Shown: piece after piece, positions 46,246-56,607 of the stretch
Numbering within the stretch: the first letter of the stretch is position 1
Layout of the letters: the number at the start of each line of letters is the position of its first letter
Source: Planktothrix sp. GU0601_MAG3
GTDB lineage: Bacteria > Cyanobacteriota > Cyanobacteriia > Cyanobacteriales > Microcoleaceae
DNA length: 64,000 nucleotides
Direction of reading: 5' to 3'
Assembly (NCBI GenBank): GCA_035193785.1
Contig: CP136572.1
Location: forward strand, 1,652,578-1,716,577
The notes under the pieces: model-generated
The model's database searches: none
Told to the model about the DNA's origin: nothing
Seen by the model: the letters and a program-made list of their open reading frames with translations, nothing else
Position numbers and translations under genes: made by a program

Positions 46246-46500
46246 ACGGGAGAATATCGCTATAGCGTGAATACCCAAGGTCAATATGCGGAAACCGTGT
46301 TGATGACGGCGGCGGCTAGACAAGACGGACTCCCCAGTTATGCGGGCGTCGTGACCGTCAGCCACACAGCAGGCGGTGTGATGGCTATAGCTAATATTTG
46401 CAAAACTGATCAACCCTCCACCGAACCCCCGGCTTTATCCTCAACTCCCGTACCCGGAGAAGGGTTAAAATGTCCTGCGGGTTCGAGTCCGGTAAGGTAG
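46246..46500 (+). pseudogene. C-terminal fragment of a cyanobacterial type IV pilin-like G/H family protein
   Basis: TGEYRYS...A.....LPSYAG.V.....ICKTDQP...P......CPAGS pattern; no upstream start, begins at the IS right end. Confidence 0.6.
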
Positions 46501-46563
46501 GAGTTCTCTGTTTTGAGAGCGGGTTTTTGTGAGGTAGATTTTAGCGATCGCTTTCTACCACTC

Positions 46564-47850
46564 TCAATTCGCCATTTCATTAATTTCCATGCACCCCAAG
46601 AAACAGAATGTACTGACAGCCAGGACGATAATAAAAGGGTGAATGGAAAGGGGTTTAATCCAGTTATCGCGTGTGGGAAGACTCCAGGGTGTCATCATAA
46701 AACCCGATGTGGAAGCAATTATCGCCCCGGCTGCAATTCCCACACCAATAGATTGAATATGGTCTTGCAAATCTTGGTTGCTTTTCGCCTGTTCAATTTC
46801 TGTCCTCGCCCTAATTGTATTAATCAAATCACTAAATAAATCTTTTCCTGGTTCTAAATACTCCAAATAAGTCTCGATTTGGCGCAGATAAAGAGGATAG
46901 GTTTTTTCAGCTAAACGTGACCACACCTCCAGCTTATTTCCCGCCTCTAGTAAAGAATTCAAACAGGTTTTAAAGTTATCAGAATTAGTTTTAATTGTGG
47001 TATAATGAGTTTTTAAATCCCGCAAACAACAATTATAATATAATAAATCTTGGGGAATTTCCTGAACCATTGTATCTAGTGTATCTAGGCGATTTAGCCT
47101 TTGTTCTGGAGTTTCGTTAGAAATTGTATAGAATTTTGGCACGTTCTTCTCTAATTTACTATAGAGTTCCCTCGCTTTTTGATAAGACTCTTTTGCCTTC
47201 TGGTAGGTCGCCACAATCTTTTTTTGACACCAAAATAAATCCCTCAACCAGTCATAGTTATCATTAGCTTTTTTTAAATCTAACTGTTTGGGTTTTGCTA
47301 AAGAAATAATAATCGTTAAATCCCCGGCTTCAAACAGAAAACAGGGACAATCAAACAATTCCAACTGATCAATAAATTGTGGATTAAATGACTTATCCTT
47401 AGATAAAGCATTTGCCCATTTTTCCGCATCTTCAAGTTTTGGTGTTATCCAAGAATCTTGTTCCCCATGTATAGTTAAAACCTTGCCTAAATCTGCTGTA
47501 ATTTTATTCAGGAAAACCTGGGGTTGAAAAGCTGAAAGTTGTGCAACTTCAACTTCTACATTTTCCCCTTCCGGCTTGAGGGTAATATCCACACAATAGG
47601 TATCATTCAGGAGAAACCCTTGCAAATTTCCCTCCAACTTAAACCCGAAATCAGTCGGAATTGCTGTTAACTCAACTTCCCCTTCGGGTTGAGACTTGAT
47701 ATTTTTGAGTTCAGGAAAGGGGAGAAATTCACCCACTTGAGTTAAACTTTTCCAGAGACTATCTGCCTGTGGATTAGGGACATCGGGGGGATCATCAAGG
47801 CGTTGTTGCAGGTGGAAAGCGAAGCAGCTAAAGGTGATATTTTTCATCAA
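46564..47850 (-). CDS. Hypothetical protein with helical C-terminal half and two terminal TM segments
   Basis: 428-aa ORF; ATGA-type overlap with the CHAT gene stop; GVGIAAGAIIAS and IIVLAVSTF hydrophobic segments. Confidence 0.75.
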   Translation of the reverse strand: MMKNITFSCFAFHLQQRLDDPPDVPNPQADSLWKSLTQVGEFLPFPELKNIKSQPEGEVELTAIPTDFGFKLEGNLQGFLLNDTYCVDITLKPEGENVEVEVAQLSAFQPQVFLNKITADLGKVLTIHGEQDSWITPKLEDAEKWANALSKDKSFNPQFIDQLELFDCPCFLFEAGDLTIIISLAKPKQLDLKKANDNYDWLRDLFWCQKKIVATYQKAKESYQKARELYSKLEKNVPKFYTISNETPEQRLNRLDTLDTMVQEIPQDLLYYNCCLRDLKTHYTTIKTNSDNFKTCLNSLLEAGNKLEVWSRLAEKTYPLYLRQIETYLEYLEPGKDLFSDLINTIRARTEIEQAKSNQDLQDHIQSIGVGIAAGAIIASTSGFMMTPWSLPTRDNWIKPLSIHPFIIVLAVSTFCFLGCMEINEMAN

Positions 47851-50800
47851 GACTGTGGGGGGTTTTCTTCTGGATTTTTAGGGAATTTTGTATTATCTTT
47901 TGTGGTGTTTTCAATCAGTTTGTCTTCAATCTGTTCTTTTAGGGTTTTAGGATTATGTTTACTGCCACCGAATCCTTTTTCTCCGGTGACTCCCAGGAGG
48001 GGATTAATAGAGGTGATAGATTTTAATTGTTCCCGATAAGCTGTTAAGATTGATTTACGCTGATCTGTATTTAACCATTGCTCTATTGCTTCTGCATTTT
48101 TTTCATCATCATCACCCAGTTGGGGTTTTAATTCCTCTAAATCTGGCAAATAGTCAGCTAAAAGATCATTGCTCAATAAATGAGTAAAGGCTTGAATTTT
48201 ATCGCTATCGCTTGCCATTTTTTGTTCTCCTTGTCCAACTACACAGAATGCCGCCCAGTGATAGGGAGACTGATAGGGGCGGTGATTTACCCCCTTTTCA
48301 TTTTGCCCTAGTTTTTGGAAAAATTCGGCTAAATGTTCTTGCCAATCTCCTCCTTCTAATAGCTGGCATTTTTCCACCCAGTCTTGAAACCCCTTAACGG
48401 TGGTATCACGGAGCCAGATTTGAGCGGTTTTGAGGGCGAGGGCGAGTTGTCCGGGGTGGTTTTGGAGGGTTTCGTAGGTTTTAATCAGCAGCAGGGCGGT
48501 GGAAACTTCGTTAACCGACCAGAGACTAACCAGGACGCTAGGACTACCCGCCAGGATGAAGCCACTGGAGAGGCTGATATATTCGTCGGTGGTATCAATG
48601 GCCACTTGTCCGGTTTCGCAGGCGGAGAGGGTAACGAGGCTGCACTGACTCAGGTTGAGGGAGGCGATAATTTCCCCTAGGGTGAGGATACCGTCGGCGA
48701 GTTCCAAGCCAGAATCTAGGGGAGATTCGCGGTTAAAGCCTGCGTGACAGGAGAAGAAAAGATGATGAGTTTGGCTGAGGTCTTTGGCGAGGAAGTTGGC
48801 TTTTTTGGCGTTGCTTTTTTGGAGACTGCTGCGGTAGGGGAAAAGACGGCGAATGGTTTCTACTTCCAAATCAGCATAAAGTAGGTTGTTGGCAGGGTTT
48901 TGAACGGCAAACAAGCGTTTAAAATTCGGACGGTAGCGGGTTTGGGCTTGTTGCAGGAGTTGGCAGTTGGGGGCATAGGTAACACCTTGTTCAAATAATT
49001 CCTGTAGGGATTTTACCTCACTTTTTCCTGTGGGAATGGGTAGAGCATGGAGGGGTAACAGGTGCAGGTAAAGGTGAGGGATGAGAATGAGTTTTTTACA
49101 GTTGGGGAATTCTTTCAAGAGGTTTTGCAGAATTTCTGGCAGATGGAGGATTTCGGCAAGGGTTTCTAGCCGTTGAGCCAGGGGATTTTGCCAAATATCT
49201 TGGGCTTGGGCTTGGGCTCGGATCAGCAGTTCTTGAGCTTTTTGCTGTTCCTGTTCGGTTTTGGCTGCTTTTAATGCTTCGATGGCAACTTGTAAAGGTT
49301 CTTTAGCTTGGTAGTAGGCATTTCGGTATTGATTTGTCCAGTCAATGAGTTGATCTAGGTCTTCCTGTGAAGATGTCCAAAGATTCAGGGTTTGGGCGGT
49401 GAGGGTAAAGGTCAGAAACTTATCGGGTAGGATGTACCATTCCAGGATGGCGGTTTCTTCATCCAGTAATTTTTGGATTTGCTTAAAGTGCAAGGGTTTA
49501 TAGGGTTCGAGTTGCTGACGTTCTTCCCGCATTTGGTTGATACGGGTGTAGTCGGGGTTGGGGTCTTGTTTGAGGCGACGGTCTTCTTCAGCAATGGCAT
49601 TGCGGAGGTGTTGCAAGCGTTGGTTAATTTCTGGGGGAATGACGCCTTTAGGGTATACGTCACGGGTGGCGATGAGTTCCACAAGGTTCCGGGCTTTGCT
49701 GCGGTCTACATATTCAATCGCATCCTGGTATCGACCCAACTCTAGGCAGACTTCCACCATGCCGAGATAAACCTTGTTCCATTCTTCATTAAAGTTGCGT
49801 TTATAGCCCTCACTATCGGCCCCAATTTCCCCCCGCAGATATTCCACCCGTTCCAGGGCTTCTTGAAAGCTACGGTAGGCATTTTCTAGGGCTTGTTGTG
49901 TCTGGGTGGAACTGTTCCCCGCTAGGCGAGATTGAGCTTGGTAGGCAAAACCAAAGTTATTCAGGGTTGTTGCTAAATCGCGGGCTAACCCCAACCGCCG
50001 CATAATCCCTGCGGCTTGATCGTAGGAGGCGATCGCACTATCGAGATTGGCGGCCGGGTTGATGCCCATCTGGGCTTGGGTGAGGCGGGCAACTCCGAGG
50101 TTATTCAGGGTAGAGGAGAGGTCTTTTTCTAACTTCAACCGCCGCCTAATTTCTGCGGCTTCATCGTAGGCGGCGATCGCACTATCGAGATTGGTGGCCG
50201 GGTTGATGCCCATATTAGCTTGGTTTTTGCGGGCAGAACCGAGGTTAGTCAGGGTAGTGGAGAGGTCTTTGTCTAACTTCAACCGCCGCCTAATTTCTGC
50301 GGCTTCATCGTAGGCGGCGATCGCACTTTCGAGATTGGCTGCCGGGTTGATGCCCATCTCAGCTTGGGTGTTGCGGGCATTTCCAAGGTTAGTCAGGGTT
50401 CCGGAGAGGTCTTCGTCTAACTTCAACCCCCGCCTAATCCCGGCGGCTTCATCGTAGGCGGCGATCGCACTATCGAGATTGGCGGCCGGGTTGATGCCCA
50501 TCTCGGCTTGGGTGAGGCGGGCATTTCCGAGGTTATTCAGGGTTCCGGAGAGGTCTTTGTCTAACTCCAACCCCCGCATAATCCCTGCGGCTTCATCGTA
50601 GGAGGCGATCGCACTATCGAGATTGGCTGCCGGGTTGATGCCCATCTCGGCTTGGGTGTAGCGGGCATTTCCGAGGTTAGTCAGGGTTTGCGCCCGTCCT
50701 TCAGGGGTATAGACTCCCAGTTTCCAGCACCACCCCATAGCCGCGAATGGCAATTTCTAAGGCTTCTGCATACCGACCATCGGGGAATTGTTGAATACTG

Positions 50801-51252
50801 ATGCAGGTATCTTGTACTAAGCCTGCCGCTCTTTCGGGTTGGTCGGGATACTGAGCTAGAAGTCCTGGTATTGACTGGACAATGGTATCCCCCAGGTTGG
50901 GAACAATCAACCCCATATTTTGCCGCATCACCTGATGGACTGCTGCTGTGTCGCCTTCGTTTTCTGCTTCCAGCAGTTGCAGCCAAAATTGTTGTAATAC
51001 TTCTTGCTGATTTCCGCCAGTTCCCTGCTGCGCCAAAAACGCCCCCACCCGTTGCGCCAGATTTCGCAGAAAACCCGCGTTATTCTCTTGTCCGTGACTC
51101 TGCAATTGTTCTGCCACCTGTTCGCACACCTGCACAAATGCCCCATCAAGCAATTCCTGGTGTTGGTTGAGGATTTGGTTTTCTTCCCCACTGGGACAGT
51201 CGAGGAGTTTTTGAATTAGGGACAGATAGGCGAGTAGGCGTTCTTCGTTCAT
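47847..51252 (-). CDS. TPR-repeat + CHAT (caspase-like) protease with C-terminal extension (frameshift near 50715)
   Basis: TLNNLG.A TPRs; SKARNL; LHLLPLHAL; FFSCHA (His); VTLSACETG (Cys); SLWSV; SPYHWAAF. Confidence 0.9.
49960..50690 (-). repeat. Five near-identical 144-bp (48-aa) intragenic TPR repeats
   Basis: HIP1 octamer recurs at 50029, 50173, 50317, 50461 and 50605 in near-identical context. Confidence 0.92.
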
Positions 51253-51389
51253 GGCACTGGACAGGGTGGGAATATTGTTACTATTTTATACCATTCATTT
51301 TAGACAGGACTTACGCAGTTACGCTATATGTAGGGTACTAATGAGTTAGCGATCAAACGAGATCACTTTAACAGGACAACCTCTTAAAG

Positions 51390-51472
51390 TCCCCCAACAT
51401 TGGGGGATTTAGGGGGCAAATACACTATACATTTCAAGCCATCTAGCCCCCTAGCCCCCAACATTGGGGGGA
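51390..51472. repeat. Pair of inverted CCCCCAACATTGGGGG hairpin repeats
   Basis: CCCCCAACATTGGGGGATTTAGGGGG and CCCCCTAGCCCCCAACATTGGGGGG. Confidence 0.75.
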
Positions 51473-51759
51473 AAATAAATAATTAGGACTTTTTAGGGCG
51501 ATTGCTATTATCATTGGTATGCGATCGCCTACTTGTGACACTTCACCTATCCTTTACTTACTCTTAATTAACCAAATTGAGCTACTCCCGCGCCTCTATC
51601 AAACTATCATTATTCCTGATATAGATAAACTATTCAATTCCTATTCTCCCCTTTAATGGAACCGTAGCGATCGCATATCAACAACTCCGAAAATCTTACC
51701 GTCGTTTAGGGACTAGAGATCTGAAAATTGTTGCTATTTTATCCTATTCTCAGAAATCT

Positions 51760-52095
51760 TTAAATCACACCCAAACCCGTATATTTTCGTAACTCAGGGG
51801 GCTGGAGTCCTAAAACAATATCCTCTTTTAATACACCCCTAACCAACAATTCATCTGTTAAGGAACAGTCAGTTTGATTGCGCTGAATCCAAATTTTTTG
51901 CCCTCGAATTTCTAAATGAATCAAACAAGTATAGATTCTCCGTTGCCCATTCCAACCTAAATCAACTAACAAATATCGGTCTGTTTGCTGATCAAAAATG
52001 GGCTGCGATTCAATTTCCCCACCCAAGGGATTCCCGGCTGCATATTCTGATAATAATTCCCGAATAATTTGGCGATATTTAGCTAATTTATCCAT
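51760..52095 (-). CDS. xisI: XisI protein
   Basis: MDKLAKYRQII, D...DRYLL...GW, KIWIQ, GV.KEDIVLG. Confidence 0.92.
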   Translation of the reverse strand: MDKLAKYRQIIRELLSEYAAGNPLGGEIESQPIFDQQTDRYLLVDLGWNGQRRIYTCLIHLEIRGQKIWIQRNQTDCSLTDELLVRGVLKEDIVLGLQPPELRKYTGLGVI

Positions 52096-52499
52096 TCTAA
52101 AATAACCTCCGATTGGGGTTCATAAACAATTAGTTTGACTTGATATTTTTGAATTGCTAACCTGGGCAAATCTCGATAGAAAAAGGATTCATAAGCTGTT
52201 AAAGGAATCGCCAAATAAAGAACTCGATCAGGTTCAATTTCTTCCAATGCTAAACGATAATTCAAAAATTGACCCAAGGCTAAATGAAAATCCAACATTG
52301 CCGAATCACTCAAAAAGCTTTTGATTTCTACTGCAATTTTTTCTCCAGTCCGTTGCGCTCCTAGCATTTCTTGCGCCCCTAGATCAATTTCTAAACGGTC
52401 ATCTGCTCCAAATTCTAAACGCAATGGATCATGAGTAATTTTCCAATCCTGTTTTTCCAATCCTCGTCTAACAGCATAGTGGAATTTATCTCGCGCCAT
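52083..52499 (-). CDS. xisH: XisH family endonuclease-fold protein
   Basis: MARDKFH, W.ITHDP, IDLGA, IAVEIKSF, ALGQFLNYR. Confidence 0.93.
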   Translation of the reverse strand: MARDKFHYAVRRGLEKQDWKITHDPLRLEFGADDRLEIDLGAQEMLGAQRTGEKIAVEIKSFLSDSAMLDFHLALGQFLNYRLALEEIEPDRVLYLAIPLTAYESFFYRDLPRLAIQKYQVKLIVYEPQSEVILEWIN

Positions 52500-52585
52500 A
52501 CATATTCAATTAATTTTAAATCAGAATTAGGGAAAGTAGAGAGAAAGAGTAGAGAGACGCGCCGTGGCACGTCTCTACGGGGGGG

Positions 52586-53102
52586 TTAGGCTAGAACAAA
52601 ATCGACGTCGTTACTGCCACCTGTTTCTCCTTGGCCGGAGGTTAATTTCTGACCATTGACTTCTACCGCAAAGGGTGTATTGCTGAGGCCAGGAAGGTTA
52701 TAATCGGTTTTTGCGGAAGTATAGCCGACACTAGCAATCATTTTCCGGCCGGCGTCGGTATATTGGAAGGCCATCATTTGATTTTTGTTGTTCTTATTAT
52801 CTTTGGCCCAAATCACCATATATTGTTGATTTTGATAATCAAAGACTTTAGGTTTCTCGAAGGGGAACATAACGGCCCACTTCGCCAAAACTGGTATCTA
52901 AAAAGGTTTGGACTTCACTGGGTTGAACTACAGCATAACTAACTTGTTCTGGAGAAGCGGCGATCGCATCTCCTTGACTCGCATCCACAACCTCCTCTTT
53001 TCCCTTGTTACGAAAATAATCAACGGCGACTTTAGTTCCAATAGCACCCGCAGTGGCAATTCCAGCACCAATTAAAAAGTTACGAAGTCTGTTATCAGCC
53101 AT
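52586..53102 (-). CDS. Hypothetical protein (frameshift near 52860)
   Basis: Two overlapping ORFs join; N-terminal hydrophobic helix; AGGAG-like RBS upstream. Confidence 0.65.
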
Positions 53103-53236
53103 TTTTTCTCCCAATTAAAATTTAATCAACTTTTGTGTTTTGGAACTGATTTCCTTAACATGGGAATTTTAACAAATTTTACTCTATCTGTCATCGAACT
53201 TTCGATAGATAGGGAAAACATTAGTTGGGGATTAGA

Positions 53237-55021
53237 TCACCATTGGGGATCAGAGTGTAATAGGGCTTCAATAGCCTCGGCACTCAGGGGTTTAGAGAAT
53301 AAATAACCCTGTCCATATTCACAATTAAATTGTCGTAGTTGATTTAACTGTTCTTGGGTTTCAACTCCTTCGGCAACCACATCCATTCCCAAGTTATGGG
53401 CTAAACTAATAATGGCTAAAATAATTTCGGTTTCTCTACCCTTTTTTCCCATATTTCTAATAAAAGATTGATCGATTTTTAGGGTATCTAAGGGGAAGCG
53501 ATGTAAATAGCTAAGGGAGGAATATCCCGTCCCAAAATCATCTATACTTAAGCCAATATTATAGGATTTGAGTCGAGCAATAATCTCCAGGGTTTTACTA
53601 TTATCAATTAAAACACTTTCGGTCAACTCAATTTTGAGATCACCCGGGGAAATTTTGGTGGTGTTTAAAATAGTTTCTACAATTTCAACTACATTAGATA
53701 AATCAAATTGTTTAGCCGATAAGTTAACACTTATAGTTAGGGGGTGAACTGAATTTTTTATGGTTTCTAGGGTTTGCCATTCTTGCAGTTGTTGACAGGC
53801 TTGTTTTAATACCCAATTGCCGATGGGAACAATTAATCCGGTGGCTTCGGCTAGGGGAATAAAATCCGCCGGGGAAATCATCCCCTGTTGGGGGTGTAGC
53901 CAACGCACCAGGGCTTCAAATCCTTTGATTTTTCCGGTTTTTAGGTTAATAATAGGTTGGTAAAAAACGGCAAATTCCTGTTTAATAATTGCCTGACGCA
54001 GTTCAATTTCTAACTGCATTTTGATTAGGGCTTGATCATGGATTTTTTTGTCAAAAATTTCTAAACATCCCTTGCCTTTTTCCTTGGCTTCGTGCATGGC
54101 AATATCGGCATCTCTGAGGATATTTTCCGATTGATGATAATAGTTTGTACCTAAAACAATCCCAATACTACTGGTTTTAAATACCTGATGTCCGCCAATT
54201 TCAAAGGGATCGGATAGGATCTGATTAATCTGTTTTGCCAGATCAATTGCTTCTAGGGGAGATTCAATAGATTTGAGTAAAATTGCAAATTCATCCCCCC
54301 CTAAACGAGCGACAATATTAGGATGGGAAATTAAGGATTGAATCAGATGGCCAAAAGCAATTAATAATTGGTCTCCCGCCTGACGCCCCAAACTATCATT
54401 TACTACTTTAAACCGATCTAAATCTAAACATAATACAGCAAATAAATCCTGATGATATTTTTGCACCTGTTCAATGGATTTATCAATTTCACTAATCAAC
54501 AAGCTGCGATTGGCTAATCCCGTAAGTCGGTCATGAAAAATATCATATAACAGTTGAACTTCGGCTTTTTTCCGATCCGTAATATCGTTACGAATCACAA
54601 TATATTGATAGGGTTTATTCTTTTCATCTAAAAAAGGAACAATGGTGGTATCCACCCAATAGTAGCTGCCATCTTTCGCTCGATTCCGAACTTCCCCGCG
54701 CCAAATTCTTCCATACTTAATCGTTGACCAGAGAACGGTAAAAAAGTGTTTGGAATGATATCCTGAATTAACAATCCTATGATCTTGACCGATTAATTCT
54801 TCCCGAGAATATTTAGAAATATCACAGAACTTGGGGTTGGCATAGGTAATTTTCCCCTGGGCATTAGTAATCGCTACAATAGAGGATTGATCGAGGGCAA
54901 ACTTAAAATCGGATAATTCTTTATAGGAGCGTTGCAGAGCTTCCCGTAAATCTCGATTTATCAACAAGGGGGCTAAAAATAACTTGATTTCGGCTTGAGT
55001 TTGGTTCATGTTACCGAACAT
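53237..55021 (-). CDS. PAS-GGDEF-EAL diguanylate cyclase/phosphodiesterase
   Basis: PAS/PAC, RLGGDEF, FEALVRW, IDDFGTGYSSL, AEGVET. Confidence 0.94.
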   Translation of the reverse strand: MFGNMNQTQAEIKLFLAPLLINRDLREALQRSYKELSDFKFALDQSSIVAITNAQGKITYANPKFCDISKYSREELIGQDHRIVNSGYHSKHFFTVLWSTIKYGRIWRGEVRNRAKDGSYYWVDTTIVPFLDEKNKPYQYIVIRNDITDRKKAEVQLLYDIFHDRLTGLANRSLLISEIDKSIEQVQKYHQDLFAVLCLDLDRFKVVNDSLGRQAGDQLLIAFGHLIQSLISHPNIVARLGGDEFAILLKSIESPLEAIDLAKQINQILSDPFEIGGHQVFKTSSIGIVLGTNYYHQSENILRDADIAMHEAKEKGKGCLEIFDKKIHDQALIKMQLEIELRQAIIKQEFAVFYQPIINLKTGKIKGFEALVRWLHPQQGMISPADFIPLAEATGLIVPIGNWVLKQACQQLQEWQTLETIKNSVHPLTISVNLSAKQFDLSNVVEIVETILNTTKISPGDLKIELTESVLIDNSKTLEIIARLKSYNIGLSIDDFGTGYSSLSYLHRFPLDTLKIDQSFIRNMGKKGRETEIILAIISLAHNLGMDVVAEGVETQEQLNQLRQFNCEYGQGYLFSKPLSAEAIEALLHSDPQW

Positions 55022-55147
55022 CAGAAACCCGAATCAACTGGAAAAACTGCTTTCCTGAATTCAGCATTGAATTAAGGTTGGAATAATTAAATGTTGGCCA
55101 TCGATCAATTGATTTCATGGCACTTACCAGAAACACCATACTATAAA

Positions 55148-55393
55148 TTAGCCTGAATTCGCTACTTCTGACAAATTATTTTTATTGATCCAATGAATAT
55201 AATTAAACTTAAAATTTGGAAATTCTTTCACTAAAGATAATGGAGCGGTCTTTTTTTCTTTCTCTTGTTCTATAGAATTCAGGAAGAAATCCGGCATTTC
55301 TTGATGGCAACGACTACAATACCAATAAACTCCTGTGTGGCGAATATGGCGCAGGAGTGTAGATGAACAGCAGGGACAAATCACATTAGACAT
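55148..55393 (-). CDS. Small zinc-ribbon protein
   Basis: CPCCS..LLRH...YWYCSRCHQEMP. Confidence 0.7.
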   Translation of the reverse strand: MSNVICPCCSSTLLRHIRHTGVYWYCSRCHQEMPDFFLNSIEQEKEKKTAPLSLVKEFPNFKFNYIHWINKNNLSEVANSG

Positions 55394-55498
55394 AATCAAC
55401 TTCCTCGGAATCAAGATAGGAAATAATAACAATTAAAACAAACTCAAAAAAATCAAGGTTATAACTGGATTTAAACCCTGATTTAAAACGCGACTTAG

Positions 55499-56107
55499 TT
55501 AGGAATCATGAATCTTAAAAATTTCTTCGAGAATTAAGCGATCGCCCAGAGAAACATCCTGCCACAATTCCAGTTCAGCATTCTTCGTGAGTCCGAGTTG
55601 CAAAGGGGCTGCAAACCAAAAATCCTGATCGAAAATCAACCCCTGGGATTGGAGTTTAAAACAAACCCATTGCACCGCATAATTGTTAATATCCAACTCC
55701 GGCATCAAATAGGCGGAATGATGCAAAACCCAACGACAAGCCCCGTTATCAATTCCAGCAAGTTGATAAATCGCCTTAATTAAAACCAATTCAATCCAGC
55801 CGGGATTGGGCAAAACTGTTAAAAAATCCTTCAATGCTTGGATGGATTCCCGATTTTGAGCGCGGAGAACATCAATGGCTAATGCCACATAGGACTGATC
55901 CATCTCACCTTGATTTTCCCTTCCTTGATCCGATGAGTTAATCACATTTTCCTGTGTCAAACGACTAAGGCTGTAAAAAGACTGATTCAACGATGAACCG
56001 GTCGAAAACGTCACAATGGGACACCTACTCTTAAACGATTCGGGAAAGGGATCAATCGAAGTCTGGGTGTTCTCAACCGAGGTTAGACTTTTAGGGATTA
56101 AAGACAT
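55499..56107 (-). CDS. Hypothetical protein
   Basis: 202-aa ORF co-oriented with neighbours; no recognised motif. Confidence 0.6.
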   Translation of the reverse strand: MSLIPKSLTSVENTQTSIDPFPESFKSRCPIVTFSTGSSLNQSFYSLSRLTQENVINSSDQGRENQGEMDQSYVALAIDVLRAQNRESIQALKDFLTVLPNPGWIELVLIKAIYQLAGIDNGACRWVLHHSAYLMPELDINNYAVQWVCFKLQSQGLIFDQDFWFAAPLQLGLTKNAELELWQDVSLGDRLILEEIFKIHDS

Positions 56108-56224
56108 GGCACACAGTTCAACTTAAAAAAAAAGCAATTGCCTACAATCGAACAGTAGCTAATAAATGTGAAGATTTTGTGAGGAAAAAATTCCCATGCT
56201 GATTCTGCAATAATTTGTTACGAT

Positions 56225-56605
56225 TCAATCCTTCCATTGCAGCAGCGCACGAATTTGATCTACTAAATCCATAGCTTCAAAAGGTTTAGTAATCACCCCC
56301 GTTACTCCTAACTGAATAAATTGCTGTTTTTCACTCATTTTTGCCTTAGCAGTTAACAAAATTGTGGGAATATTCTGGGTTTCGGGATTGGCTTGTAAAT
56401 GCTTAAAGGTGGTGGCCCCATCCATCTCGGGCATCATCACATCCAAGAGAATAGCATCCGGTTGGGCTGTCTGGGCTAAAACCAATCCATCACTCCCACA
56501 GCAAGCGGTGAGCACTTCCCAACCCCCAGCAACTTCCAGGCAAATTTGGATAATCTCCCGCACCCCGTCATCATCGTCAATAATCAGAATTCGTTTTTTT
56601 GTCAT
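56225..56605 (-). CDS. Single-domain response regulator (receiver)
   Basis: ILIIDDD, LLDVMMPEMDG, LTA, KPF. Confidence 0.93.
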   Translation of the reverse strand: MTKKRILIIDDDDGVREIIQICLEVAGGWEVLTACCGSDGLVLAQTAQPDAILLDVMMPEMDGATTFKHLQANPETQNIPTILLTAKAKMSEKQQFIQLGVTGVITKPFEAMDLVDQIRALLQWKD

Positions 56606-56607
56606 AA

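Noticed and set aside
51760..52499. xisH/xisI as evidence of an fdxN-type excision element
   Set aside because: No XisF-like serine recombinase or interrupted target gene in the window; stand-alone xisHI pairs are common
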